A model generated the notes under the pieces. That model searched no databases. It worked only from the letters and a program-made list of their open reading frames with translations, and was not told where the DNA came from. Of a DNA stretch of 64,000 bases, positions 1-12,734 are shown piece by piece (position 1 is the first letter of the stretch; every line of letters begins with the position of its first letter). The DNA is taken from NCBI GenBank assembly GCA_024704765.1, contig JAKMXF010000338.1:1-64000 (forward strand). Direction: 5' to 3'. The position numbers and the translations under genes are program-made. Source of the stretch: Oopsacas minuta. Lineage: Eukaryota; Animalia; Porifera.

Positions 1-99
1 TATATTCTAATGGTGCAGTGTGCCAGATTTGTGTCCCCAAATACCAAACAATAACAGGCTCCTTCTAAACCAATGAGTGTCTAACAGAAGGTGAAAAAT

Positions 100-529
100 T
101 CTACCAAAATCGACGGCCAAGGACTAGACTCGTGGATTGCGAATATTGCACAATAACGCCCGACCGCACAAGACAAAGCTGGTTAGAGAAAAGTTGGAAG
201 CTATGAAGATTGTGAAACTAGATCACCCTCCCTACTCGCCAGATCTAGCTCCTTGTGACTTCTGGTTGTTTCCAAAGCTAAAAGAAACATTTATTAAGCA
301 GGAAATTTGATAGTCGAGCTCAGATAGGATCGGCGATTTTCCAGTATGTATATGAAAGGTCTACCAACCTAAGGCTACAAAAAAGTATTTTTCGATTGAA
401 TAAAATGGCTGAAATTGGTTTTACAGCACGAAAGGGAATACTTCGAGAATCTCCACCACTGACCACACAATTATGCTAGAAAAATTTGGAATTACAACGT
501 GATAACGACTACTTATTGAACGCCTGTAG
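100..529 (+). mobile_element. mariner (DD34D-type) transposon, 3' fragment with right TIR
   Basis: Translates to LRILHNNARPHKTKLVREKLEAMKIVKLDHPPYSPDLAPCDFWLFPKLKE, the mariner second-D and YSPDLAPCD motifs. Ends in ttattgaacgcctgtag followed by TA (530-531), similar to the TIR of the 22898-24232 element. Confidence 0.85.
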
Positions 530-574
530 TATGTTAATGCTTTATGTGACTATTATGAAAATTCCGGTACATTC

Positions 575-790
575 TTGCCACCCAAAATAAAACCATTGTT
601 TAATTGTATCCAACTGGTCCCATGTAGTACTGCAGAATGTGAACGTGGGTTCAGTCATATGGATATCATATTGGAGAGTCGACGTTCTCGGCTGCTTGTA
701 CCACACATATCTGCTCTATTCATTAACTTAATGGCCCTTCACTTTCTATTTGGGATCCTAGTGATTATGCTAGATGTTGGCTAAGAAATC
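575..790 (+). pseudogene. hAT transposase C-terminal dimerisation-domain fragment
   Basis: LVPCSTAECERGFSHMDIILESRRSRL matches the hAT S/T-A-x-x-E-R-x-F-S motif. The rest of the element was not found. Confidence 0.6.
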
Positions 791-1121
791 ACCGGAGTGC
801 ATCAGATACTCAAATGAGGGGTAGCAATTGTCAGATAGTTGAAGAAAACCCAGTTTTGGGAAGTATATTTGAATAATATACATAGCATTTAGGCATTTGG
901 GCATTTACAATGTATCGTGAATTATTGAAACTGTATATATTTTACATGTTTCACGCAGTTGTTTTTATCTGATACAAATATAAACAAACCATTATATATA
1001 ATAATAATCAGTGGTATTTTGGAGGGAGTGCCGGGGGGGAGGTATGGCGCCCCTACTTCATTATTGGGGGCCGTTTTCACCTATGTTTTCTAAGAAAATG
1101 CTAAATTTGAAAAGAGAGCGC

Positions 1122-1194
1122 TGTTGCGTAGGATTTTGACCCGCGTAGGATTTTGACCCGCATATAATGTATTATTGTCGTAGGATTTTGACCC
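1122..1194. repeat. Ginger left terminus with three copies of cgtaggattttgaccc
   Basis: 16-mer at about 1127, 1144 and 1179; one inverted copy at about 13142-13157. Confidence 0.85.
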
Positions 1195-2349
1195 TAAAGT
1201 AATCTTACTTCCTCTGTCATTTGACTTTTTCGATTTCCATACACTTTCATTACGTAATTACCACTAAATGTACATAATGTAGTTCAACTTTAGACTTGCC
1301 ATACGTATACGTAACTGAATAAACAAGTCAATTTAGAGTTGGATTCTAGAAAGTAGTGAATTTGTTTGATAACATGTAAACTATGTTCCCACTACATACA
1401 ACAAATCTACAATAGGTATAATTATCCAAAATGCCAAATATAGACAGGTGTATATAAATATTTTATAATAATATTACTTGGACAGAAGTGGTAGGTATTT
1501 GATAATTTTATTTAATAACTCATAATAAATAATATAATTTAACATGTCAATCTATATATTGCAATATATTCTATCAAATAACAAAAATATTACAAGCATT
1601 AGCATGATAATGAATATTCGTAATATCTTAAGTATGAATTGTAGGCGAGTTCATCTTTGCCCATTTCTCTATACTTCATGACAAGCTTTAAGGAATAATC
1701 ACTGAAATATGTTCATCTAGTGGACAAGCCTAGACTATGCATTTGTTACGGAGTCTTGGTATAATGTTGATATACACATCAAGTTGAAGTGAAAACCGCG
1801 AGCCTCTGGCACGCTGCATACTCCTGGAAACACTAGATTTCTATTAACCAAACAAGTCAGCTGCGGTGGTCTCCTCCTTCTCCTTACAGTCACCCCCTAA
1901 CGCTAAACGTTTAACGTCAACCTCACCTTGTTTATGTGTGCAGTGTTGGAGCGAGTTTAATGTGATTGCGATCACACCAAATTTGACTCTAAGCTGCAAC
2001 ATAAACGAATACGTACAATAAATCGTAATTTAACAGACACACGAGGAGCTAACGGACCCGAACGGCCACAGACAAGGAGACATTAAAAAATTTAAAATAG
2101 ATAAGAAACTCGCTTGTATCTGATTCCATGCTGTATTTCGTCACGGCGTAGACTCGTCAGTTGCGCTCCCTTTCTCGCAATATACTTAGATGGTAGAGTG
2201 ATGATATTCGCCACTGGGGATGTGCTGTTGCAGGTCGCGTTTCCATTATCTGGGCTCACCATGATAGGGATTGCGTTGCCTGAATAACCTCGGGCAGAGG
2301 TCCCCACAAAGTTCGATGTACCTTGCCTTTGAGCGCTTTCGAATGGTGG

Positions 2350-3623
2350 AAAAGAGTCGTGAATCGTTAAGAATTAGTCAGAAGAGTGCAAGAGGTAGAA
2401 TACAGTAATGAGTGATCCGATGAAGTGTCACAGTCCCAAAGTTGGATAATTGGTTCTCTCATTCCGTCATATTTACAGAATTGCCCGTTTTGGTAAGGAT
2501 TGAATAGAAGTGTCTATTGCTCAATATGCTAAAGCCAGCAAGTTGGTAGTGAAGTGTTCGTTGGTTGTGACTGATGGTAAAGTGTTTGTCAATATCACTT
2601 GCAAAAATGTCTGGCAATTCGGGTAGATGTCCGATTTCAATTGTTAGCATGACAGGTATTGACTTTAATTGACCAGATATCCTCTCTAAGACAGCAGTAG
2701 TTGATCCACAAGACTTGCATTTAATAGGAACGAGACTTCGATTAACAGATGATTCCACGTTTGTAATAACGCCTCCTATATTATTAATCATGGATTGTGT
2801 CTCAAAGATATTGGTGCATTGGTGGCATTGGAAGATAGTGAAATATTTGTCGTTACACAAATCTTCTGTTCGTAAATATTTAATGATGTGACCCTCTGAT
2901 CCAAAGAAATTGTAAGACCGTATCAATCCTGAGGAATCATATATAACTTCAAGCCCAATTTTAGTAGCAACATATTCTCGAAGTTTCTCAAATTCACATT
3001 TAGCAGCCAATTGGAATATGTAGTGGAAATTAGCTTCAATATGTGTACTTCCGATTAACTTCAGTGAGTCTAGGACGGTTGCTTTATTCGAACTAAGAAT
3101 AGCCAATATATTGTCGATAGAACAGGTTGTTATACTCTCCTCCCCATTTAGGATATGGGATAAGATCTGATGCATTTTGTATAGATTGTTCTGGTATTTC
3201 AATGATCTCATGAACTTGTTCAGTTGGGAATATTAACTCAATTATTACTGGTAATAGAACAGCAATTGGATAGTCAAGATCTCTTTGTGTCTCTTCAGGT
3301 ATTTCGGTAGGATAGGAGGAACGATATTCTGCGTACCAATTACCGGCTGATACAGCAAGTTTCTCTTCAATCTCAAAATTTAGTTCGTTGGGTGGATGGT
3401 AAGAATATAGTAAATTCAATGAAGTTAGAGATGCAGCTTTTGTAGCGAGGTTCTCATGTAGTTGGGTTAAGTATGTGTTATTGACAAGAGCTGATAGTAT
3501 TCGAGGTTTCAATTGAAGTAGCTCAGAGTAGATATTTTCATAGATTGAGTGTTGTTGCGGTGTTTCAAATGTTTCTTCCATGGTATCCAGGTTCAATATG
3601 TCATCCAAAGAATCTAAATACAA
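2350..3623 (-). pseudogene. USP (peptidase C19)-like cysteine protease domain at the Ginger C-terminus, frameshifted
   Basis: Cys-box-like PKWGG..TTCSIDNILAIL (Cys codon 3122-3124); two CxxC pairs (CHQC, CKSC); LKSIPVMLTIEIG; His-box-like YQLAGFSILSNRHFYS (His codon 2510-2512); then FCKYDGM after a 1-nt frameshift. Confidence 0.55.
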
Positions 3624-3728
3624 ATAAATATGTTAAATATAGGATTGCTATTATGTATTAATCGAATCAATACAGAACACAACTAGTTTATATGTACTTA
3701 ATCATGGGCTGAGTCAATTAGTTATAGT

Positions 3729-4085
3729 TCAGTACAATATTGTCTCGCTAATATATTTACCGCTAGAAGGGAATTTGCAATATCTTTTGGGCTTCTTTGA
3801 TTTGCCTGTCTTCGTTCGAACCTGCCGTTTTTCGTTCATGCGAGAATGATATTTTCTTAATAGATGGATAGGTAATTTTGTTGTTTTGCTATCTGGGTCT
3901 TTGCGAGCAACTAGGTGGCTTGGTTTAACTTCCTCTATCGTATATGGTCCCAAATATTTCTTTGCTTCTTTTGTTCCTGGGAGTCGCTTGGCATTCTTTA
4001 TATTATGCAAAAGTAGCTCATCTCCTTCCACAAATTCTGATCCAAAGTTTATACAATAATTATACAAAGAATTATAATGTGCCAA
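3729..4085 (-). pseudogene. Ginger integrase C-terminal exon (GPY motif)
   Basis: FVEGDELLLHNIK...KKYLGPYTIEEV is the GPY/F module typical of Gypsy-type integrase C-termini. A GT donor near 3757 splices in frame (phase 1) to an AG acceptor near 3616. Confidence 0.7.
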
Positions 4086-4473
4086 TTACGTACAGTTTGT
4101 AATGATGCTAATTATATAACCAAAAGTAAGTGTTTTAGAATTTAAGAATTCATATAGTTGAGGAAACAATAAATTAATTCCGATTCAAGTACAGTGGCAC
4201 GAAATGGCTAAAACCTGGAAGTAGGTATTAGGATACTGGATAACGTATTAAACTATATTATTGACATATGGGGAATCGTACCCAAGGAATCGATTGACGT
4301 AACTAGATTTTTTCCAAGTCTTTGGTGTGAAAGTAATGACGTCATTGTCACATTCAAAAAATATTTTGATTTTTTTATCAGTTTCAATTAAGCCAATTTG
4401 TGAGCTATAAGTTCAGAAATTGAATGTTTTATGTTTTGATATTATTAACACTATTTAATGTACATTGAAACTA

Positions 4474-5806
4474 CAGGGGCATTCAATAAATACTAATCAT
4501 ACCATCTAAAACTATAGATACTTGTGTAAAGTTGGTAATTTTTGCTATGAATGTTCAAAGTAGTCTCCTTTATACGCTACAACTGAATTTAACATTTTAA
4601 TCCAATTTTCAAATGTCTTTCTGTACTCATCCTTGGGAATGACTTCAAGGTATCTGTAAATTGCCCGACCAAGGCTGAGCCGATCCTCAAATTCGCGTCC
4701 GGAGAGGTTATCTTTGAGTTTTCTACACAGCCAGAAGTTCAATGGGGCTATTTCAGGGGAGTAAGGTGGATGTGGAACTTCGTGCATACCCATATCTTTA
4801 ATTTTTTGCCTTACAGCCAAAGATTTATGCGGTCTAGCATTATCCTGCAAAATTTTGAGACCACGAGTTACAGTCTTTGGACGACGCTTAAGATAATGTT
4901 TTTCGACCTCAGCAACACCATATCTGCGTAAAATTGTCCTGTGAGTGTCTGACCTTTGGGAACAGGGATTTGGGCTACAGGACCTAGGCCATCGAAAAAT
5001 ATGCAGTACAAGACCTTCGGGGCACGGGAGTCGGATACACAAACAGCTGGGGTACCCCTCCCTTCTTTAGACATACCTTGCCATCTTGCTTTCTGATCGG
5101 TGGTTTGAATTGTATCCATGTTTCATCTCCTGTTACTATCTCCAATAACCGCCTAGGGTCACTTCCTTCATAAATTTCAAGGTTTTCCTTAGCCATTTGT
5201 AGTCTCGCGGCCTTTTGTGGAAAAGTTAAGGAATGTGGTACCCATCGCACTTGGACCTTCCTCAGTTCTAAATCCGCCTTCAGAATTGTGTGTGCACTTC
5301 CCGTTGAAATGCCAACATAGTTAGCTACCTCCTCAACCGAAGAATGCAGAAAAGACTCGACATATTCCTTTACTTCACTCAATTTGTCATTGTTGGTCGC
5401 CAGTTTTTGTGCTCCAGGAAGAGGGGCGTCTTGGACAGAGGTCCTACCTTCCCTAAATAGGCTCACCCACCTTCTGACAGTTGAATACGATAAAGTATCT
5501 TCTCCACATATCGTTGCCAACTCGTCATGAATTGACTTTAGGGGGATTTTGAGGATGGTACGAAATTTGATGTACTTTCGTTGTTCAAGTTCCGAAAAAT
5601 TTGGACAAGAAGCCATGAAAAATGTAAAGGAGAAAATGTAGGTTTCTGAAATAACTGAAACTTAGGAAATAATTAAGTGATCAACTCTCTCTAAGTTCTG
5701 TTAGAAAGTTGAAATATGGTTCTATATAATTGGACTGAGGAATACTAGCTTAGAACTACTATTTCATTAAAAGTATACAGTGACTAGTATATATTGAATG
5801 CCCCTG
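4474..5806 (-). mobile_element. mariner transposon, full length (1333 bp), transposase frameshifted
   Basis: TA TSDs 4472-4473 and 5807-5808; 26-bp TIRs caggggcattcaata(a/t)atacta(a/g)tca. ORFs 4984-5616 (RWVPHSL, TGDETW) and 4545-5042 (QDNARPH, HPPYSPEIAPLN; third D changed to N, spacing 34). Confidence 0.93.
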
Positions 5807-5812
5807 TACAAA

Positions 5813-7920
5813 CTATAACGTATTTATAATTAGAGAATTCTCCAAAATATCTTGACAGCTCTTTAACTCAGATAGATCTGGCTCCGAATCGTTTTTGGTA
5901 ATATTACGAAATGATGCTAATATTGGATCACTTTTGAGACATAAGCCTGACGAACACATCTTTAATGTTGTCCTCAAAGCTAAATTTTCTTGAGAGTCTC
6001 TCAGGGTATCGCCTGACCAATTTATTGCAAGATTCAAGGCCTTCCTCAGACAAATCTTCTAAGCCAAACCCATCGTTATGATCTGCAATTATTTGTGGTG
6101 CATGGGCTAGAAGTTTATGTAAAGTAGGGGTTACATGTGCCCATGAAAAATTGGTTAAAATGGATTCGTAAGTCTCTCGGCATACATTATCAAGGCCTTC
6201 AGTATCCACTTTCCTGTTGCTATCATACAATCTCAGGATAGCACTCAAATTATTAAAGATTGTAGTGACAACTTGATGTGTCTCTTGAGGAACAACCGTC
6301 AATACCCAATAGAGAAAATCTTGCACAGTATCATCGCTACGTGTGAAGCATCTCCGAACAACATTTCAGGTTGTGGTGATTCCTCCTTGGACTGATGGTG
6401 TGTCAATTGATATACTAAGTTTTTCTTCAATAAGGCTAGTGAAAAATTTCTTGGCCCCATGAATTATTGGCGAAGTTGGTGACCATTTTTGAATAGCACC
6501 ACACTGTATATGGCAAATCAATAATAGGAACCAACTAAATGCTCTCAAATATGCATATAGAGGAGAAGCTGATATGATATCTTCTTCTGAGATCGGTTTG
6601 AGTGTTAAATTGAATCTTTGATTTGTTGGCAAAGATAAAAATTCTTCATCATCAACCTCATCAAATACATCACGTGCATCACGGATAGTTCTATTTATGG
6701 GAAAGCCATTTTGAACTATGCTAATATCGTGTATCTGTTGGAACATAGCAATACACATTTGACAATTAGCACCACCAGCACCGCTTAAGATTTTGCCATC
6801 TTTGTATCGAAATGAGATCTAATGATCTTGACCTCTGCATTTCCATTGTGTAAACACAAACCAGTCTCTTCAATAGTTGAAGTTTCGTTATTTATTAATG
6901 AGTAAATCAAAAACTTGACACTCTCTCCATTTTCTGGAAGGGTTAAGAGGGCAACTGGTCGAGTGCAAAATGGCGAATTTGGATGATGAGGTTTCCATAG
7001 GATATGTTCATTTGCATTAATGATTGCGTTAACCTTGAAACCAAACAAAATGAAGGCTTTAGTCGAGAGGTCAGGGTTAGATATAGCTTGCTGGTAAACT
7101 CGATGACACCCAGAGCCATCTAAGCCATCGGATACTCAAACTTTCAGCGGATAGACAAGGGTATCAGGACTTAAGTTAGATACAATTCGTTCAACTGTAT
7201 GGGTGAGTAGTCTGGTGTCAGAAATACCTACTCCACATGGAATTCTCTATGAATTATACGCACTTCATCCAGCAAATTAATTTGACCCCGATGTTTAGCT
7301 ACACTATTGTAGCCTGGTAACTTGAGATCTTCAGATAGTAACGTACGCCGAAGTCCTAAATACTTAGTTTTACCGATCTCAAGCGAATCGAAAAGAAAGG
7401 CAGATTTATCAAGTGATAATTGTGGATAGATAGGAGATGAGTTTCCCTTCTCGAGTATCTCTTTACAAACATTGGCACTATTCATGTCCTGCTCCTCATT
7501 GCAACAAAGTAGTAAGAGATAAGTTGCAAGAGTCTTTGGAGATACATGCTCGTTTTCAGCGACTGATTCGAGGTGAGACTTAAGAAAAGAGAGCCGATTT
7601 CTCAAACCTTTGGTCGTTAAGTCAGTGAGCGATTTCTTTTTTGAAAGATTAAAGTCTTCTTCAAAGTTAATGGTTAATGAAGAAAAGGCACTTAACCTAG
7701 GCTTCTTTGGCAGAGGACAGAAGCACATGGAATTCCAAGTATCAAGGTCCGAATATTTATGAAAAGGGGCTCTCTCTGTTTGAATATCATTGAACTTCAG
7801 ACGAAAGAAATTTTGCTGATCTCGATCAAAACCATGAGTTGAAATTAATTGGTCTGCGATTGAACGGGTGCTAAGTAATTTATGCTCACAATAAAAGTGA
7901 AAAGCTTGAAGGTTGTTCAT
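5813..7920 (-). pseudogene. RAG1-like DDE transposase, about 700 codons, frameshifted
   Basis: SDGLDGSGCHRVY (first D); IRSHFDTKMAK...GAGGANCQMC (second D, Zn CxxC); TPTLHKLLAH (RAG1 HKTLAH); LSEEGLESCNKLVRRY (RAG1 SEGNESGNKLFRR, catalytic E). Confidence 0.9.
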
Positions 7921-7988
7921 TTTCTAGATAATTAATATCTTATTTATTAACAATATTGTAAATACAGGGCAAAAAGTAAGATCATATA

Positions 7989-9686
7989 CAGACAGTGGAC
8001 AAAGGTATTTGAACTCCCGATTTTCGGGTCATAAAGTTTGACTTATTTTCGCAAACGCTAGTTCACTGAAAAGCGTTCACGTTACACAAATCTTAACTAA
8101 AGGGAGACCAGCTGAATTAACAAGAATATATTTATCAATGGTAATAGTTGTAATTTTAGAGTATGAAAATTCTCACATTACACAAAGAATAAATGTTCAT
8201 TATGTTCCAAATGCTGCTCTGGATTTCAATCTAAATATTCGTATATGAGTAAAACCTATCGAGTTAAACACTACGTACTACTATTACGTACTAGAGATAT
8301 CGCCTAAGGTGATACGCCGCAAGGAAATTCTTAGTACTTTGTTGGGAACCCTTTCAACATTTTCACATCTTTTAATCGTCCTGGCAAGCTTGATAACAGA
8401 TTTCTCAACTTCTCTGGGGGAATCTTGCTCCATTCTTCCATTAAGACTTCCTGTAACTCTTGGATATTTCTTGGAGCGACTGGCCTCATGTTTATTTGCC
8501 TCTTCATGATTTGCCATACGTTTTCGATAGGACTTAAGTCCGGACTTTGGGGCGGCCATTGCAGAGTGATCATCCTTTTGCTTCCGAACCAATGACGAGT
8601 TTTTACCGAGGTGTGACAAGGCGCATTGTCCTGTTGGAATATTAATTTCGGGTGAGTACCAAGATTTTCTAGAAAGAAATTAGAATAAAATGGTTTCAGA
8701 ATATTTTGAATATATTTTTCACTATTTAAAGTTCCTGTGATTGGATAACATGGGCCTAGCTTATCTGCAAAGAAGCAACCCCAAATCATCACTGACCCGC
8801 CTGCCCATTTAACTGTTTTTGCAGTGCATTCTGGAAGATATTTTTCTTTTGATTCTCTCCAAACTCTTAATTTCCCATCCGCCCGAAACAACTTAAAACT
8901 GCTCTCATCTGTCCAGATGATATTTTCCCAATCTGAATACTCCCAATTGCCATACTTTGTTGCAAACTCTAACCTTTTTCTTCTATTCTTTTCATTTACC
9001 AAGGGTTTCTTGATGGCTACCCTGCAACTAAATCCCATATCACCTAACCTTCTTCTTACAGTTTTAGTTGAAACTGTACTTCCTCCAAGCGTATCTCTCA
9101 GCTCGCAGGTTATTTCTTGAAGAGAATTCCACCTATTTCTTTTGATAATAGCTTTTAAACGTCGTTGACCTCGCAAAGAAAGAATTCTAGGCCTACCACA
9201 TCTCGATTTATTGAGAATACTTCCTGTAGTTCGCCACTTATTGACGATAAAATGTGTAGTGGAAACAGGGAGTAATAGAATCCTACTAATTGCTCGGACA
9301 CTCCGGTTTCCCTTAACCAGTCCGATTATTTGATTCTTAACAGCGATGGAGACTTCCGATTTCTTCACCATTCAACTATAGGTTTCTAATTATTATCAAA
9401 TAATCTAATTAAAATAATATAAATACGATTAATTGTTAATAAAATGAGTAGATTACAACCTTTCTAGGTCCGCAATGGATACATGTACTAAACAAAGAAA
9501 ATTGTAAATAGGCTTGAAAATGTTCCATAGAATGCATTGCATAAATAACTTCGACGAAAATCAAATTGGGTGGCATATTTGCAAAATGCATAACAAGACT
9601 TTGAATGTTCATGGATCACGAGTAAGATCCTGAGTAATGAATTCTACTATGGATGATATCGTTCAAATACTTTTGTCCACTGTCTG
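7989..9686 (-). mobile_element. Tc1 (DD34E) transposon, full length (1698 bp)
   Basis: TA TSDs 7987-7988 and 9687-9688; 26-bp TIRs cagacagtggacaaa(g/a)gtatttgaac with 1 mismatch. Confidence 0.95.
8331..9371 (-). CDS. Intact Tc1 transposase, 346 aa, DD34E
   Basis: Paired HTH with GRPR, IWTDESSF, FQQDNAPCH, WPPQSPDLSPIENVW; 34 residues between the second D and E; no stops. Confidence 0.95.
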   Translation of the reverse strand: MVKKSEVSIAVKNQIIGLVKGNRSVRAISRILLLPVSTTHFIVNKWRTTGSILNKSRCGRPRILSLRGQRRLKAIIKRNRWNSLQEITCELRDTLGGSTVSTKTVRRRLGDMGFSCRVAIKKPLVNEKNRRKRLEFATKYGNWEYSDWENIIWTDESSFKLFRADGKLRVWRESKEKYLPECTAKTVKWAGGSVMIWGCFFADKLGPCYPITGTLNSEKYIQNILKPFYSNFFLENLGTHPKLIFQQDNAPCHTSVKTRHWFGSKRMITLQWPPQSPDLSPIENVWQIMKRQINMRPVAPRNIQELQEVLMEEWSKIPPEKLRNLLSSLPGRLKDVKMLKGFPTKY

Positions 9687-12305
9687 TATATATATATGCA
9701 TGTTTGTTTTATAAGCTTATAAAATACATTCTGAATTCTAAGAATTAAGGAACTTTTGACGAAACTTTTCTCACAGTAGAAGAGTGTTAATTTTTTAATG
9801 GAATCTTTGTAAAAATACGTGATGAGAAAATTTATTTATATTAATTACAAGGTGAATTTTGTAGACACAAACATAAACTGTAAATAACTTTCCGTTTTGA
9901 TTATATCGCTAAGCAACCATAATATTTATATAAATTTTGAAAAGAGAATTTTTTTAATATTAGATAAATTCAAAAGTTCATGCGATTGAAACTAAATTTG
10001 CGCGAATTTTCGGGAACCTGGAAATTGTTGTATTTTATAGAGAATTAAAAATGCTATATTATAAAACTAAGGAGACAACTTGACAGAATGCGACAGATGA
10101 AGTTATGAGATTTCGAAGTTAGGTGACGACAGAAATATCCAACAGAAAAATTTATCAAAATATTTGAGCTATTTTAAGGATTTATTATTTGAACTCCGCT
10201 TATATAATCACTATAATAAGAGAGTAGTCGAAAATGCAATGGAATGAAGTCTTTGGAATGTATTAGTTGCTTAGAAACTGGAATTTAAGTTCATTGATAT
10301 AAATGAATATCTGTGGTTTTCAAGAATAATTTCTGAGCAAGTATTGTAATGCTCTTATACATTCCAGTTGTTCCTAAACTAAATGATGGATCATAACAAT
10401 TTCAGATATTTCAAGTAATTGGATATATCTCTTTCCAATGAACTTTAAATGGTAACCAAATATCGGATTGCAATTTGAGCAATTTTCAGGGGGTGTGCCA
10501 CTGTGTCAGGATGATTTTATACTTATCCGATTATACAACATTCAGTGAATTTAATTTAATTTTAGTAAGAAAAGATGTATGAAATTCCAACACGTTACAT
10601 CACACAAGAATGTGTTTCGTTATTTCTTACCTGTTGTGTTTAACTTTGCTGTCATATGTTTACTTTTGAACTTTCTGACCTGCCTTGATGTTTTCAATAG
10701 CATTCATTCTGTCAGCTTTACGTATGGAGGAAAGATTTTCTATCCATTCGTTATGAATTATAGGAAAGTCAAATAGGCGTGGTTCGGTTGTATCTATTTG
10801 AATATTCTCATCATCTGATACTTCTGCCTCTGAGATATCAGCTTCGGTTAGTAATCCGGTGTTAGTTGGAGAAGTGATAAGATTGAGAAGGTTAGATGAA
10901 TCAAAGTCACTCCAAAACATGAGATAAATGGTGTGTAGCTTGTAGAGATTTTAGTTTGAGTATTTGCTGCTAGTACTGCTGTCTGTAATTTCTCTGTTCA
11001 TTCAGTGTCCCCAACAGATTGCATCTCGTTGATTATTCTATTTGTAAAAGTGTTAAATTAATTTAAAGCTATCTAATTATAAACGACGTGTATTAAACGT
11101 ATGTAAGGCTTTGAATAGATATATATTTATTTTTAGCATCAATACTCACGTTTTCAATATTTTGTTGTGTGACTCAACAAGTCAGTTACTTTGTAGGTGG
11201 TATGCTTTGGTTCTTCAGGTGTTGACATTTATCTTTTTGTGAAATTCTTGAAATTCCTATTTTGAAAGTAACTAAGAGAAAGATAACAATCTAACAAGCG
11301 CATATATTTAGTCTTGTACAACAATAGTTAGAAAGATGAAACGATTAATAAGGTAAGTTTTCCATCCGAAGGTAGTTGCATTAATTCGGAAATTCTTATT
11401 TATTAGTATTTAACGTAAATTAAAACCTAATTTTCCACACGGTTCTTATATATTGCCATCAGGGTACACAATTTCCTACCTGGGTATATATTGAAGCAAT
11501 GCGCTGACATTTGACAATGCAACATGCTACGTACGTGTATCCAATATAGTAAGTTGTATTGTGTATCGGGAATAATTTCTTTAGTGTATTTACAATTACT
11601 AATCTCGAGTATGTAAAAATATGAGTTACCTTGCTTGAGAATTCTGTTCCCTGATCATGTTGGAGGATGTTAGGTACACCGAATGAGAGATAAATTTCTT
11701 GTAAACAATCCAATATTTCTATAGAAGTTTTAGTCTTGAGTGGTCGGGCAATTACAAATTTACTCAGGTAGCACACGATGACAAGAATGTGCTGAAATCC
11801 AAGTATAGTGCGGGACATATTGCATATGAGATCAATTCCACAATGACACTATGGTTCTTCAGGAAGAGGAATAGGTTGAAGCTCTCGTTGTGGTTGAGGA
11901 GGTAGAGCAGCAGAGGTTTGACAGTTAAGGTAAGTTCGGGTCTAGAACGGGAAATGATTTAATTGTCAGTATGTAGTCCAGTCTAATGTAATTTGCTACG
12001 TTCCAGATGTCCCGCTAAATTAGCATTACGTCCCGCTTTTTCTTCACTTAGGTTGGCAAATATGTTTATGTGAAATACTCCCACTACCTATCCCAATTAC
12101 TAACTACCGCAAGGGTCATTAGTTGTTAGATACATGGTTGGTTGGTTGTACCACTCAAATAGACTTCATTATCATAAAATTGTATACCAGTATACTAAAT
12201 ACCATCAGATCGCACAAAATTAATTTACAATCGCACAAATAAAGCTGTATACAGTAGAATAATTACAAGTTGAATTACCTCAAACTATAAAATACATGCT
12301 GTTCT

Positions 12306-12388
12306 CAGACTTAACAACCCCTTTTGCAAATTTCCCTGGATTTTCAAAATTTGTAATCCAAGGGATCCCTGGAGGGTTGGTAAGTCTG
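12306..12388. mobile_element. 83-bp MITE in a Ginger intron
   Basis: 15-bp TIRs cagacttaacaaccc / gggttggtaagtctg (1 mismatch), flanked by direct TGTTCT at 12300-12305 and 12389-12394. Confidence 0.7.
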
Positions 12389-12734
12389 TGTTCTCAGCCA
12401 CATTTTCTTGGAAAATCATATATGAAAAAATACGTAATTTAGTAACTCACGTAGGATCCAACATCATTGTATATGCCATTCCAATCATATTTGTTTCGGA
12501 TTCCATCAATGGTAGAATTGATTCCAGGATGAGTGACATTGTGATAGAATCCGATAATGTTGTCAATTTCTGAGACTAGTAGAATGTCCAGATATTTCAC
12601 ACAGCCATTGTTCTTTCTGAAAATCTACAAGAAATTATTTTAGTTAAACTCAGAGGTTGTAGCTAGCATTGAGGGGCAGAGGAGCCCGCTAGCGTTTTCG
12701 CCCTTCTCATCTCCCTATTGTACGCAAATTTAAT

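Larger units (their letters stand above)
4190..10505 (-). mobile_element. RAG1-like/Transib transposon copy 1 (native about 3281 bp, with two nested Tc1/mariner insertions)
   Basis: Ends TACAGTGGCAC (4190) and CACAGTGGCAC (inward from 10505). 5-bp TSD TCAAG (4185-4189) / TCAGG (10506-10510). Lies in a Ginger intron. Confidence 0.9.

Noticed and set aside
4207-4215. GCTAAAACC as an RSS nonamer (7/9 match to ACAAAAACC)
   Set aside because: Not conserved at this position in the other copies (TTCAGAATG in copy 5); it lies in the variable spacer.
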